A DNA stretch of 64,000 nucleotides from an uncultured delta proteobacterium. GTDB lineage: Bacteria > Myxococcota_A > Polyangia > Polyangiales > Polyangiaceae. A model generated the notes under the pieces. That model worked only from the letters and a program-made list of their open reading frames with translations, ran no database searches and was not told where the DNA came from. The translations under genes were made by a program, and so were the position numbers. This document shows positions 22,468-30,912 of the stretch, piece after piece. How positions within the stretch are numbered: position 1 is the first letter of the stretch; every line of letters starts with the position of its first letter. The stretch is from positions 32,001-96,000 of the forward strand of contig CAVQUB010000002.1 in NCBI GenBank assembly GCA_963716725.1. The letters run 5' to 3'.

Positions 22468-23487
22468 ATGTCCAACATCGTAGAGACCCACAAGCTCACC
22501 AAGAAGGACTTCGAGTCGGACCAGGACGTGCGCTGGTGCCCCGGCTGCGGCGACTACTCGATCTTGGCCAACGTGCAGCGCGTGATGCCCGAGTTGGGCG
22601 TCGCGCCAGAGAACGTGGTCTGGATCAGCGGCATCGGCTGCTCGAGCCGCTTCCCCTACTACATGAACACCTACGGGTTTCACACCATCCACGGCCGGGC
22701 TCCCGCCATCGCCATGGGCGTCAAGGTCGCGAACCCGGACCTGAGCGTGTGGTTGGTCACGGGCGACGGAGACGGGCTCTCCATCGGCGGCAACCACCTG
22801 CTGCACGCCTTGCGCCGAAACGTCGACATCAAGATCCTGCTCTTCAACAACCGCATCTACGGCTTGACCAAGGGCCAGTACTCGCCGACCAGCGAGCTCG
22901 GCAAGCAGACCAAGAGCACTCCCACCGGTGTGCCGGACTACCCGGTCGATCCGGCCTCCTTCGCCATCGGCTGCTCGGCCACCTTCGTGGCGCGCTCCGT
23001 CGACACCGACGCCAAGCACTTGAACGAAGTGCTGCTCCGAGCCGCAAAGCACTCGGGCACCGCCTTCGTGGAGATCTACCAGAACTGCGTGGTCTTCAAC
23101 GACGCCGCCTTCGACGCCTTCACGGACAAAGCCAACAAGGACGAACACCAGATCCGGGCGGCGCACGGCCAGCCGCTGATCTTCGGCGCCCAGAAGAACA
23201 AGGGGCTGCGCATCGACCCCCGGACGCTCGGACTCGCGGTGGCAACCATCGGCGAAGACGGCGTCACCGAGGCGGACATCCTGGTCCACGACGAGAACAA
23301 CGCGACGCTGGCGTACATGCTCGCGCGCATGCCCTTCCCCCAGTTCCCGGTGGCGGTCGGCGTGCTCTACGCCACCGAGCGCCCCACCTATGGGTCCATG
23401 GTCCGCGATCAAATCACGCAGGCCAAGGCCAAGACCAAGGTGGATCTGCAGCAGCTCCTGGCGTCGGGAAATACCTGGACGGTCTGA
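22468..23487 (+). CDS. korB: 2-oxoacid:ferredoxin oxidoreductase beta subunit
   Basis: WCPGCGD, SGIGCSSR, HGRA, TPP motif GDGD...NNRIYGLTKGQ, QNC. Confidence 0.95.
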   Translation: MSNIVETHKLTKKDFESDQDVRWCPGCGDYSILANVQRVMPELGVAPENVVWISGIGCSSRFPYYMNTYGFHTIHGRAPAIAMGVKVANPDLSVWLVTGDGDGLSIGGNHLLHALRRNVDIKILLFNNRIYGLTKGQYSPTSELGKQTKSTPTGVPDYPVDPASFAIGCSATFVARSVDTDAKHLNEVLLRAAKHSGTAFVEIYQNCVVFNDAAFDAFTDKANKDEHQIRAAHGQPLIFGAQKNKGLRIDPRTLGLAVATIGEDGVTEADILVHDENNATLAYMLARMPFPQFPVAVGVLYATERPTYGSMVRDQITQAKAKTKVDLQQLLASGNTWTV

Positions 23488-23567
23488 AGCGAAGCTCGCC
23501 GCGGCCTGAAGGCGCTGAAGCGCGCTGAGGCCCGGGGACTCGGCGCGGTCAGGGCTTTCGCAGCGCG

Positions 23568-23885
23568 CTACTCCGCGCAGGCTTTGGCGATCGACACGCA
23601 ATTGCCCGCGCCAGCGCCCACCGCCAGGTAGCAGGCTTCACAGTCCTGTGGGCTGCCAATGCCCGAGCACGCCGGGGTCGTGGTCACCGGAAGGCCCATG
23701 GACTCGGCGGACTTCGCCGCACACTGGGTCTCCGATGCGGTAGCGGTCGGTTGCAGCGCGCAGAGGGACTTGCAGTCCGAGACGCTGTCTGCGCGGGAGT
23801 TGGCGTCGTCGTCCGAGGAGCAACCGCAGGCAGCGATCGCAGTCGAAGCAAGCAGCGCGGCGATGAGAGCGTGTTTGAGTTTCAT
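23568..23885 (-). CDS. Small Cys-rich lipoprotein
   Basis: MKLKHALIAALLASTAIAAC lipobox, then multiple Cys; AAGGAAGG RBS. There is an alternative in-frame ATG at 23909. Confidence 0.7.
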   Translation of the reverse strand: MKLKHALIAALLASTAIAACGCSSDDDANSRADSVSDCKSLCALQPTATASETQCAAKSAESMGLPVTTTPACSGIGSPQDCEACYLAVGAGAGNCVSIAKACAE

Positions 23886-23922
23886 GGTGGACCCTTCCTT
23901 TCGAGCCATTGCTGCGTGCTCC

Positions 23923-23938
23923 AGCAAGGCTCGCGCCA
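23923..23938 (-). promoter_or_regulatory. Sigma54 (-24/-12) promoter
   Basis: TGGCGCG-AGCC-TTGCT, 13 nt before the in-frame ATG at 23909. Confidence 0.65.
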
Positions 23939-24183
23939 CCGGGGAAAATCCGCGTTTGAGGGGGAAAAGCCCGGCGTGAGGCCGCCCGATGGACGGGCGC
24001 CGCCCACCGCCGCTGGCCGCTGGCAGGGCGCCGCCCGCCAACGATGAGTTGGGCCCGAGGCGCCGTCCGGAGTGCCTGGGGGAGGCTCCCGTGCGCCCTG
24101 GAGTGATCCGCTGCTCCGCTTGGGGGAGGATGAAGCGCGGCGTCGCTCACGCGGGAAGTGCGCGTGGTGCTCGACTCGAGCGC

Positions 24184-24350
24184 TCAGGCTCCGCACTTGA
24201 CGCGCATCGGCCCCGTATTGGTGCAAAAGGCAGCGCCGCCGGCGCAGGGCGGCGTGAAGGGGCAGGCGCACGCATCGGCGCTCGCGCAGATCGTCTGCAA
24301 GCAGTGCGCGCTGCCGTCCGCGGCGGTGGCGCGACCGAGGCGTATGCCAT
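24184..24350 (-). pseudogene. Possible remnant of a small Cys-rich protein gene
   Basis: ATG 24350 follows a sigma54 motif, but the Cys-rich frame (AHCLQTICASADACACPFTPPCAGGAAFCTNTGPMRVKCGA-stop at 24184) is a different frame with no start of its own. Confidence 0.35.
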
Positions 24351-24362
24351 GCGTGCTGACCC

Positions 24363-24378
24363 AGCAACGCTCGTGCCA
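24363..24378 (-). promoter_or_regulatory. Sigma54 (-24/-12) promoter
   Basis: TGGCACG-AGCG-TTGCT (consensus), 12 nt before ATG 24350. Confidence 0.65.
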
Positions 24379-24513
24379 ATTAGCACCCCAACGAGAGCTG
24401 AGCCGAATTCCCGTGGTTCTGCCGGCGCCCGGTGGTCAAGAGCGGACCGACGCGGCGTCCACCGCGACGAGATCGTCCTAGGCGTGGCCTGCTCTGTGCC
24501 GACACGGCCAGCG

Positions 24514-26697
24514 TCACTGGAACTTCTGACCTGGATTCGGCTGGCCGGGCGTGGCGGTCGCGCCAGCGTCCCAGCTGAACGCCGAAGCTTCGCGTCCCGT
24601 TCCCTTCAGCGAAAGCGAGGTGCCCACCGCCAAGGTCGAGAGCTGCGAGACGCCGATGTCCGTCGAGGCGAGACCGATCGCCGGGCCATTGGTGGGCTTG
24701 AACGCGCCTTCGTAGGAGAGGAACTGCAAGACCTTGCCCTGGGCATCGACCAGCGCCACGCCGTCGGGCTCACCGGCGCCGTCGACGCCGCCATTTTGCA
24801 GACCCGCGACGGGCCACCAAACGACGCCGAACCCTGCCTGCTGATTCGGCAGCTTGCCTTCGAGCGAGACGCTCTTGTAGGTCCGGAGCTGTCCGGGCTT
24901 GCCGTTGTAAAAAACCAGGCTGAAACCGGTCAGATCCGCGCCCGCCGTGCCCGCGAGCTCGACGCCTTCCCCGACGTCGGTGCCGGCGTTCTCGTAGTTG
25001 ATCTCGTTGACCCAGACCACCGGCCCCGCGGGCGGCGCCGCACCGCAAGAGAGCGTCGTCGGAGCGCAGGCTTTGGTCGTGATCGTGTCACTGAAGCGAA
25101 TGTCGAAGCAGTTGTAGCCCGTGGGGCAGTCGTTGTTGGTTTCGCACTTCGTCGCGCAGTGCTTGCTGCCTCCACCGTAGTCCACACACTGCGAGTCGAA
25201 CCCACCGCACTCGCTCGCCGCCGCGCAGGGCTCACAGAGCTTGGAGAAGTCCGCGAAGGGGTTCACCCGTGAGTTGTCGTCGATGCCGTGAACCCCGTAG
25301 AGCGGGGTCATCCAATACTCGGCGTTCAAGTTGCGCAGGATTTCTCCGAACATCTTCGGCTTCAGCTGACCCGCCGCATCCTGGTTGATGACGGCGTCGA
25401 GCAGCACCTTGCTGGTTCGCCCTTTGCCAGCCGCGTTCGAGAAGCTCGTGGTCGTGATCACGTCGAGGTCGACGCGCCCTTGCTTGACCGGGTTCTCGTA
25501 GAGCGAGTCGGCGACCATGTAAGTGTCGCAGCCGCTGGCGAGCACGACCTGGTAGAAGTTCTCCGGAATGCTCAGGCCAGGCAGCTCCGTGTCGTCGAGC
25601 TCACCGGTGACGGTCTGGTTCCAATCCGACATCGAAAAGCCGTAAAGCGGGCCAGCGTGGCCTTCGTAGATCATGATCTGCCGCTCGCCGAAGGCCTTGA
25701 TCATCGAGGCCTTCATCTGCCCCGCAAAGGCTTCTTTGGCTGGATCGCCCTGTCCCGGGTGAACCAAGAGCACTGCCACGGCCACGTCCTTGCCGTTCAC
25801 CTTGATGGTCTTGGTGAACTCGCCGGAGTCGACCTTCAGCTCTTCGTAGCTGCCGACGGGGCTCTTGAAGCCTTTGTCTTGGGTCAGCCAACGGTAGAGT
25901 TCCTTGGCGGTCTGCAGGTCGAAGCGCCCGTCGTTGTAGTCCCAGCCGACGAAGATCCCGATCCGGAGCGCGCCACCCGCCTTGGCCAACTGATCGGGTG
26001 AAAACAGCTTCGCGTACTCGAGGTAGGCGTCGTTCGAGCGCGGGTAGGGCTTGATGGTGAGAGCGAGGGGCTCTTTGTCGCCCGTGTAGGTGCCCGGGTC
26101 ATAGGCGTTGAACGGTGCCTTGCGATACCACTCGCTACCAGTCGTGAGCTGACTCAGCGTCGAGTTCGGAAGCACCGGCACGTCGAGGCTGAAGCATTTG
26201 TCTTCGCCGCAAGCTTGGGTTGGGATTTGCTTCAACAGATCGAGGGGGCCCGAGAGCTCGCTGGTGAAGCGATAGCTGAACTTGCCGTCCTGGTCCGGCT
26301 CGGAGATCTCGAGCGCCTCGTAGCTCTCGGGCCGCGTCATGGCAGTGAAGCCGCCCCAGTCCTGGTTCGCGGCATCGTGCTTCGCGATCACGTACTGGTT
26401 CAAGAACCACGCGATGGAGAAGTTCTTCAAGGTGATCGACTCGAGCGAGCACAGCTTCTGCGCGTCGGGCTCGCCGGCGTGGCGAGTGAGACAAGCCGGG
26501 TCAATGCTCGCGAGGCTCGTGCCGGTGACCGTGTACTCCTGGGCGTTGGTGCTGAAGTAGTTGTCGGCCTTGCCCGGCGGCACGATGGTGCCGGTCTTGT
26601 CGGCGGCGCCGCCTTCGGGGGTGTCGCCGCCAGAAGAGCAGCCGACCAGGGCAGCGAGCAGGGTGAGCGTAGCGGCACGACCGATCGACAGCTTCAT
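24514..26697 (-). CDS. Large lipoprotein with GKAD motif, putative His/Cys-dyad domain, Cys-rich linker and C-terminal lamin-tail-like domain
   Basis: LVGC lipobox; GKADNY; IYEGHAG and VVLASGCDTY; Cys cluster; VWVNEINYENAGTDVGEGVELAG...LVFYNG lamin-tail motif; GGAGG RBS. Confidence 0.75.
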   Translation of the reverse strand: MKLSIGRAATLTLLAALVGCSSGGDTPEGGAADKTGTIVPPGKADNYFSTNAQEYTVTGTSLASIDPACLTRHAGEPDAQKLCSLESITLKNFSIAWFLNQYVIAKHDAANQDWGGFTAMTRPESYEALEISEPDQDGKFSYRFTSELSGPLDLLKQIPTQACGEDKCFSLDVPVLPNSTLSQLTTGSEWYRKAPFNAYDPGTYTGDKEPLALTIKPYPRSNDAYLEYAKLFSPDQLAKAGGALRIGIFVGWDYNDGRFDLQTAKELYRWLTQDKGFKSPVGSYEELKVDSGEFTKTIKVNGKDVAVAVLLVHPGQGDPAKEAFAGQMKASMIKAFGERQIMIYEGHAGPLYGFSMSDWNQTVTGELDDTELPGLSIPENFYQVVLASGCDTYMVADSLYENPVKQGRVDLDVITTTSFSNAAGKGRTSKVLLDAVINQDAAGQLKPKMFGEILRNLNAEYWMTPLYGVHGIDDNSRVNPFADFSKLCEPCAAASECGGFDSQCVDYGGGSKHCATKCETNNDCPTGYNCFDIRFSDTITTKACAPTTLSCGAAPPAGPVVWVNEINYENAGTDVGEGVELAGTAGADLTGFSLVFYNGKPGQLRTYKSVSLEGKLPNQQAGFGVVWWPVAGLQNGGVDGAGEPDGVALVDAQGKVLQFLSYEGAFKPTNGPAIGLASTDIGVSQLSTLAVGTSLSLKGTGREASAFSWDAGATATPGQPNPGQKFQ

Positions 26698-26949
26698 GGA
26701 AATCCTCCGAGGGGCACGAGCACGCCGTGATACGGCCCAGCAACTTCGACTCTTCCATGCCAACGGCAGCGTGACCACCCCAAGTCACGGATCCAAGTGC
26801 GCCCGCCAAGACTTCCAGTGGCTCGGGTCGAGAGCGCTCCTTCACTCGAAATGGTCCCCGCCTTCCGCCCAAAAGTTCGCGGAGGGGAAGACGACGCGGC
26901 CGCGCTCGAGGCCGACCAGGGCCCCGACGCTTTGGGGTATGGTTCGACC

Positions 26950-27693
26950 ATGAGCCACCTGCGTCGTTGGGCCACCATTGGCGCCATGTTCACGACGGTG
27001 GGTTGCTCCGAGCCCTTCGAGTCAGCATCCATGCCGGACGCCGCGGCCGCAGGCGCCGGTGGCGGTGGAACCGGTGGCGGTGGAACCGGTGGCGGTGGAA
27101 CCGGTGGCGGTGGAACCGGTGGCGGCGGAACCGGTGGCGGTGCGCCGTTGGCCTGCGGCACATTCAACGACGAATTTGGGGCGAATGGACCGCTCGACGC
27201 GAACAACTGGCTCGTGAAGAACCCGAACGCGAAGGTCTACCAGGAAGCCGGGGAGCTACACATCGAACCGCCGTCTTCGGGGCAGCCATCGCACAGCTAC
27301 GCGCTCTCGAACCCGGAGCTCGACCTCCGAGCGTGCAGCATCGAGGTCGAAGTTCTCTCGGTGGTCGCCGGTTCCCCAAACGACAGCACCTACCTTGGCA
27401 TCGGCATGGGCGCGACGGTTTGGCGGGCGTTGCGGGTCGAAGACGGGATGTTGGTCACGAACGCAGGATCGAGCCAAATCTTCAATTCCGTAAGCCAGAA
27501 GCGTTGGCGTGTGCGCAGCTCCGGCGGCACGACCCACCTAGAAACCTCCGACGGCGGCTCGTGGTTGGAAGTCGAAACGCTACCGACGCCGTCCGGATTT
27601 GCAAAGGCGCGCATCGGCCTGGGCGTCGAAGTCACGGCGGGAGCGGGCGCCGGCTTCAAGCGCGCCGCGTTCGAGTACCTGCGGACGAACTGA
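26950..27693 (+). CDS. Lipoprotein with Gly-rich linker and beta-rich C-terminal domain
   Basis: MSHLRRWATIGAMFTTVGC lipobox-like N-terminus; (GGGGT)n linker. Confidence 0.6.
   Translation: MSHLRRWATIGAMFTTVGCSEPFESASMPDAAAAGAGGGGTGGGGTGGGGTGGGGTGGGGTGGGAPLACGTFNDEFGANGPLDANNWLVKNPNAKVYQEAGELHIEPPSSGQPSHSYALSNPELDLRACSIEVEVLSVVAGSPNDSTYLGIGMGATVWRALRVEDGMLVTNAGSSQIFNSVSQKRWRVRSSGGTTHLETSDGGSWLEVETLPTPSGFAKARIGLGVEVTAGAGAGFKRAAFEYLRTN
27056..27142 (+). repeat. 15-bp coding tandem repeat CCGGTGGCGGTGGAA, about 5.8 copies
   Basis: Read directly; one unit has a T>C variant. Encodes the GGGGT linker. Confidence 0.9.
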
Positions 27694-27787
27694 CGGGCAG
27701 CGTCCCGGGTCGCTGAGCGCGACCGTCGACGGTGGGCGCCAGGCAATCTGGCGGTTCCACGCCACGCGAGGTAGCCTCCGTTCTTCC

Positions 27788-28255
27788 ATGCGCAGCCTGC
27801 TCGCCGCAGTACTGGGCGCCGCTCTGGCGGCAGCCTGTTCGACGGCCCAGCCGCCCGCGTCGGCCCCGGTGCGCGGCACGCCCAATGCCCCACCCGCCGC
27901 GAACGGCAACGCGAACGGCAACGGCAACGCCCCCGCTCCGCTGCCAAACGCCCAGCCATCAGCACCCTCCGGGCCTGCCGCTGCCGACGCCCCGCCGGCC
28001 GAGCTGGTCCTCTCCGCAGACGGGGGCCGGGGCCGCTACGCTGATCTCGAGATCAGCGTGGTGAACGTCACCGAGAAGTGGACCATGGAGGGCTCGAGCA
28101 TGATGCGGGTGACGTTGCGGCTGGTTCTGCCCGGCGGGGACGAGACGTTGCAGATCACTTCGGACGAACCGATCCGAGAGTGGAAGGGTTACGTGCTGGA
28201 GTACCGAGGCGGCTGGCGCAAGGAGGTACAGCTCTTGGTGCGCCGACGTCCGTGA
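27788..28255 (+). CDS. Small lipoprotein, hypothetical
   Basis: MRSLLAAVLGAALAAAC lipobox, Pro/Ala/Asn linker and compact C-terminal domain. Confidence 0.7.
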   Translation: MRSLLAAVLGAALAAACSTAQPPASAPVRGTPNAPPAANGNANGNGNAPAPLPNAQPSAPSGPAAADAPPAELVLSADGGRGRYADLEISVVNVTEKWTMEGSSMMRVTLRLVLPGGDETLQITSDEPIREWKGYVLEYRGGWRKEVQLLVRRRP

Positions 28256-28350
28256 TCCGCCGCGTGCCGGCGGCGGGCGCAGACCGCCTCACGCGAGCTG
28301 CAGCCGCTTCAACGAGCTGCCAGAGTCCCTCGGCTCGGAGGAGAGCAAGG

Positions 28351-28455
28351 CGCGCCGCGGACGGCTTCGGCGGCAGCCTCCGTGGCCACGGCTCCCGCTT
28401 CGACCAGCGGCGCGCACGTGTCGGCAGCGCGATTCCACACCCGGACCGGGTGCTC
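28351..28455 (-). pseudogene. Fragment of a 3-hydroxyisobutyrate/6-phosphogluconate dehydrogenase-family NAD-binding domain
   Basis: A minus-strand frame reads EHPVRVWNRAADTCAPLVEAGAVATEAAAEAVRGA, matching the family's VxVWNRT..(K)..L...GA....PAEAV pattern. No start and no continuation. Confidence 0.45.
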
Positions 28456-28507
28456 CCTTGGGACGGCGCCAGCGCGAGACACATGGGCACGGGCACCAGT
28501 GACTTCT

Positions 28508-29111
28508 GAGCGCGTGGAGGATTTGACCTTCGTCTACAACATCGTGCGGCACACGGCCTCGGGCATCAACTTGGCAGGCGAAGACAACAACCACCCGAGC
28601 CAACAACAGCAGCGCATCGTGATTCAGAACAACCTGTTCGACGACGTGAACCGAGACGTCTGGGGCGGTGACGGTCGCGTCTTTCAGCTCATCGCGCCGG
28701 CCAAGCCCAGCCTAAAGGTGAAGATCGATCACAACACCGCCGGGCAACGCCTTCCTGGTCATGGGAGACAGCGTCGTCGTCTCCCTGGGCGCGCGCTTCA
28801 CCAACAACATCGTCATCAAGGGCGACTACGGGGCGTTCGGCTCCGGGAAGGGAGAGGGAACCGGCGCGTTGAGCTTCTTCATGCCGGACGCCGTCTTCGC
28901 CAACAACGCCATCGTCGGAGCGCTCGCTGGGAGCTACCCAACTGGCAATCACTTTCCGGCAACCGTGGCCGAGGTGGGGTTCAAGGACGCGGCAGCTGGC
29001 GAGTATTCTTTGCTCGCGTCGAGCAGCTACAAAGGCAAAGGCAGTGACGGCAAGGACCTGGGAGCCGACCTGGCGGGGATCACCGCGGCGGTAGCCGGTG
29101 TCGTCAAATGA
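28508..29111 (+). pseudogene. 3' remnant of a secreted parallel beta-helix protein, frameshifted near 28742
   Basis: VEDLTFVYNIVRH...IVIQNNLF...IDHNT, then in the next frame FTNNIV...FANNAIVG...DGKDLGAD. The N-terminus is missing. Confidence 0.6.
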
Positions 29112-29172
29112 CAGAACCGGATCTGAACGCCGGTGGCGTGCGGGACGAGGACCGTGGCTGCGCGGAGCCGCG

Positions 29173-29913
29173 CTAGCGGCCGCCGCCGCAGGCGCCGGCG
29201 CCGGGTATGCACGCGCCCTTCACGCACAAGGTGTGAGCAGTCTGGTCGCACTCGTCGCTGGCGCTGCAATCGTCTTCCTCGGATTGGCAGCCAAACGCCA
29301 TCGCCAGGGAGTTTTGAGGGTCCCCACCGCAGCTGCTGACGAGGCGCGCGGTGCACAGCGCCGCGCCGGGGCAGTCGTCGTCGATCTTGCAGCTTGCCGG
29401 CACGCACACACCCGCGGGCGCGGATTCATGACAAGCGCAGAGTTGGTCGGCGCCGCAATCCGCGTCCGTCTCACAACCATACTGGCAGGCGACGATCGCG
29501 AAGTGGTCGCCAACGGGGCGGCCGCACCAGCCGTAAGGCTTTGCCAGACAGTCGAGATCCGTTTCGCACTCCGTGGTCTTGTCCCCCGCCACGACCCCTG
29601 GGCGGGGTACTCGGCTTGGACATTCTCCGGCAGCTTTGCGATGGAGAAACTTTCCGTCACACCCCACCAGACCCGTGTCCGAACCACCCACCACGACCGG
29701 CGTGGGATTGTCGCACTCTCCGGGCGGTCGCTTGCCAGGCGTGCCGCCGGAACTCGGCGCCCCCCCCGTGTTCGCCGTACCCCCAGAACCTCCGCCGCTG
29801 GCGTCATTCCGGCTCTCCCCGCCACAGGCGCCAGCCAGGGTCGTTGCAATCACCAGGGCCGCCTCAGGACGCAGGAGGCAGCGCGCGATGCGGGCGATGG
29901 AGAGGTGTGCCAT
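29173..29913 (-). CDS. Cys-rich secreted/lipoprotein
   Basis: TLAGAC lipobox-like sequence, Gly/Ser linker, repeated CxxDxDC modules; start supported by the upstream sigma54 motif. Confidence 0.65.
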   Translation of the reverse strand: MAHLSIARIARCLLRPEAALVIATTLAGACGGESRNDASGGGSGGTANTGGAPSSGGTPGKRPPGECDNPTPVVVGGSDTGLVGCDGKFLHRKAAGECPSRVPRPGVVAGDKTTECETDLDCLAKPYGWCGRPVGDHFAIVACQYGCETDADCGADQLCACHESAPAGVCVPASCKIDDDCPGAALCTARLVSSCGGDPQNSLAMAFGCQSEEDDCSASDECDQTAHTLCVKGACIPGAGACGGGR

Positions 29914-29925
29914 GCCAATCAATCC

Positions 29926-29941
29926 AGCAACGCGCATGCCA
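29926..29941 (-). promoter_or_regulatory. Sigma54 (-24/-12) promoter
   Basis: TGGCATG-CGCG-TTGCT, 12 nt before ATG 29913. Confidence 0.65.
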
Positions 29942-30136
29942 TTCGCGGTCGCGACCTGCACCGACCTGGATTCTGCCAGGTCTCCCGGTGCATTCGGCGC
30001 GCGCAGCGGCCCGTCGCCCCGTCCACCGCGACACGAGCGTCCTAGGGACGGCCGGCTTTGTGCCGACAAGGCCGGCAATCTGGGGGCCTGGCCCGACCGG
30101 TTGCTTCGCGCGCGCCCGCCCACACGCTGTTCCCCC

Positions 30137-30355
30137 TCACCAGCCCAGACGCACCGAGGCCACCAGTGCGAGCACGAGCAGGGCGGCGATGACCAGCATC
30201 AGGAGCGGGCCACCGATGAAGTAGGGGTAGACCAGCATCACGATGCCGACGCCCATATGAGGCAGGCGCGACTGCCGCTTGCCGTAGACGAAGAGCACCA
30301 TGCCGATGGAGCTCACGAGCAACGAAGCGAGCAGAAAGTTTGCGTCGAGGCTCAC
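30137..30355 (-). CDS. Small membrane protein
   Basis: 72 aa, hydrophobic, with IGMVLFVYGKRQ...LVYPYF pattern. Confidence 0.7.
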   Translation of the reverse strand: MSLDANFLLASLLVSSIGMVLFVYGKRQSRLPHMGVGIVMLVYPYFIGGPLLMLVIAALLVLALVASVRLGW

Positions 30356-30495
30356 CCCGCCAGTCTAGCTTTCCCGCTCTGCTGACGCTGCTTCCTTGGG
30401 TCAGGGGCCTCGCTGCAACTCTGGCACCGCCGCCTGCTAGGACACCGCTGCCAGATCGTTCCCGGCGACTCTGGTGTCAATCTGTTGGCGCGCGC

Positions 30496-30876
30496 TCAGT
30501 CTTGGCTGGCGTCGCTCGCCGCGTCGGAGACGGCGTCATCCGAGGCATCGCTCGCGCCGCCGCTGCCGCCGGGGCCCGCGCCGTCCGAGCCGCCGCTGCC
30601 GCCGGGGCCCGCGCCGTCCGAGCCGCCGCTGCCGCCGCTGCCGCCGGGGCCCGCGCCGTCCGAGCCGGAGGTGCCGCCGCTGCCGCCGGGGAACGCGCCG
30701 TCCGCGCCGCCGCTACCGCCGCTACCGCCGGGGCCGGCGGCGTCTGCGCCCGAGTAGCCGCCGCCCCCAACCGCAGCGCTCTTCTCGTCGCTTTCGTCGT
30801 CCCCGCAAGCCACCGGCAGTCCGACAACGAACAGTCCGACCAAGGTGGCGACTCTGAGCGTGCTCTCTGCCGACAT
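30496..30876 (-). CDS. Gly/Ser/Asp-rich low-complexity lipoprotein
   Basis: LPVAC lipobox followed by GGSDGAGPGGS repeats. Confidence 0.55.
   Translation of the reverse strand: MSAESTLRVATLVGLFVVGLPVACGDDESDEKSAAVGGGGYSGADAAGPGGSGGSGGADGAFPGGSGGTSGSDGAGPGGSGGSGGSDGAGPGGSGGSDGAGPGGSGGASDASDDAVSDAASDASQD
30555..30745 (-). repeat. Imperfect 33-42 bp coding tandem repeat (GGSDGAGPGGS units)
   Basis: CCGCTGCCGCCGGGGCCCGCGCCGTCCGAG recurs three times exactly, plus degenerate copies. Confidence 0.8.
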
Positions 30877-30912
30877 GAATTTCCAATATCGTCGCAGGCT
30901 CGCTCGGGCCTG

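Noticed and set aside
30422..30438. TGGCACCGCCGCCTGCT sigma54-like motif
   Set aside because: Spacing is off by one and there is no downstream plus-strand gene.
27056..30745. Tandem repeats considered as a CRISPR array
   Set aside because: There are no unique spacers, unit lengths are multiples of 3 within coding linkers, and no cas genes are present.
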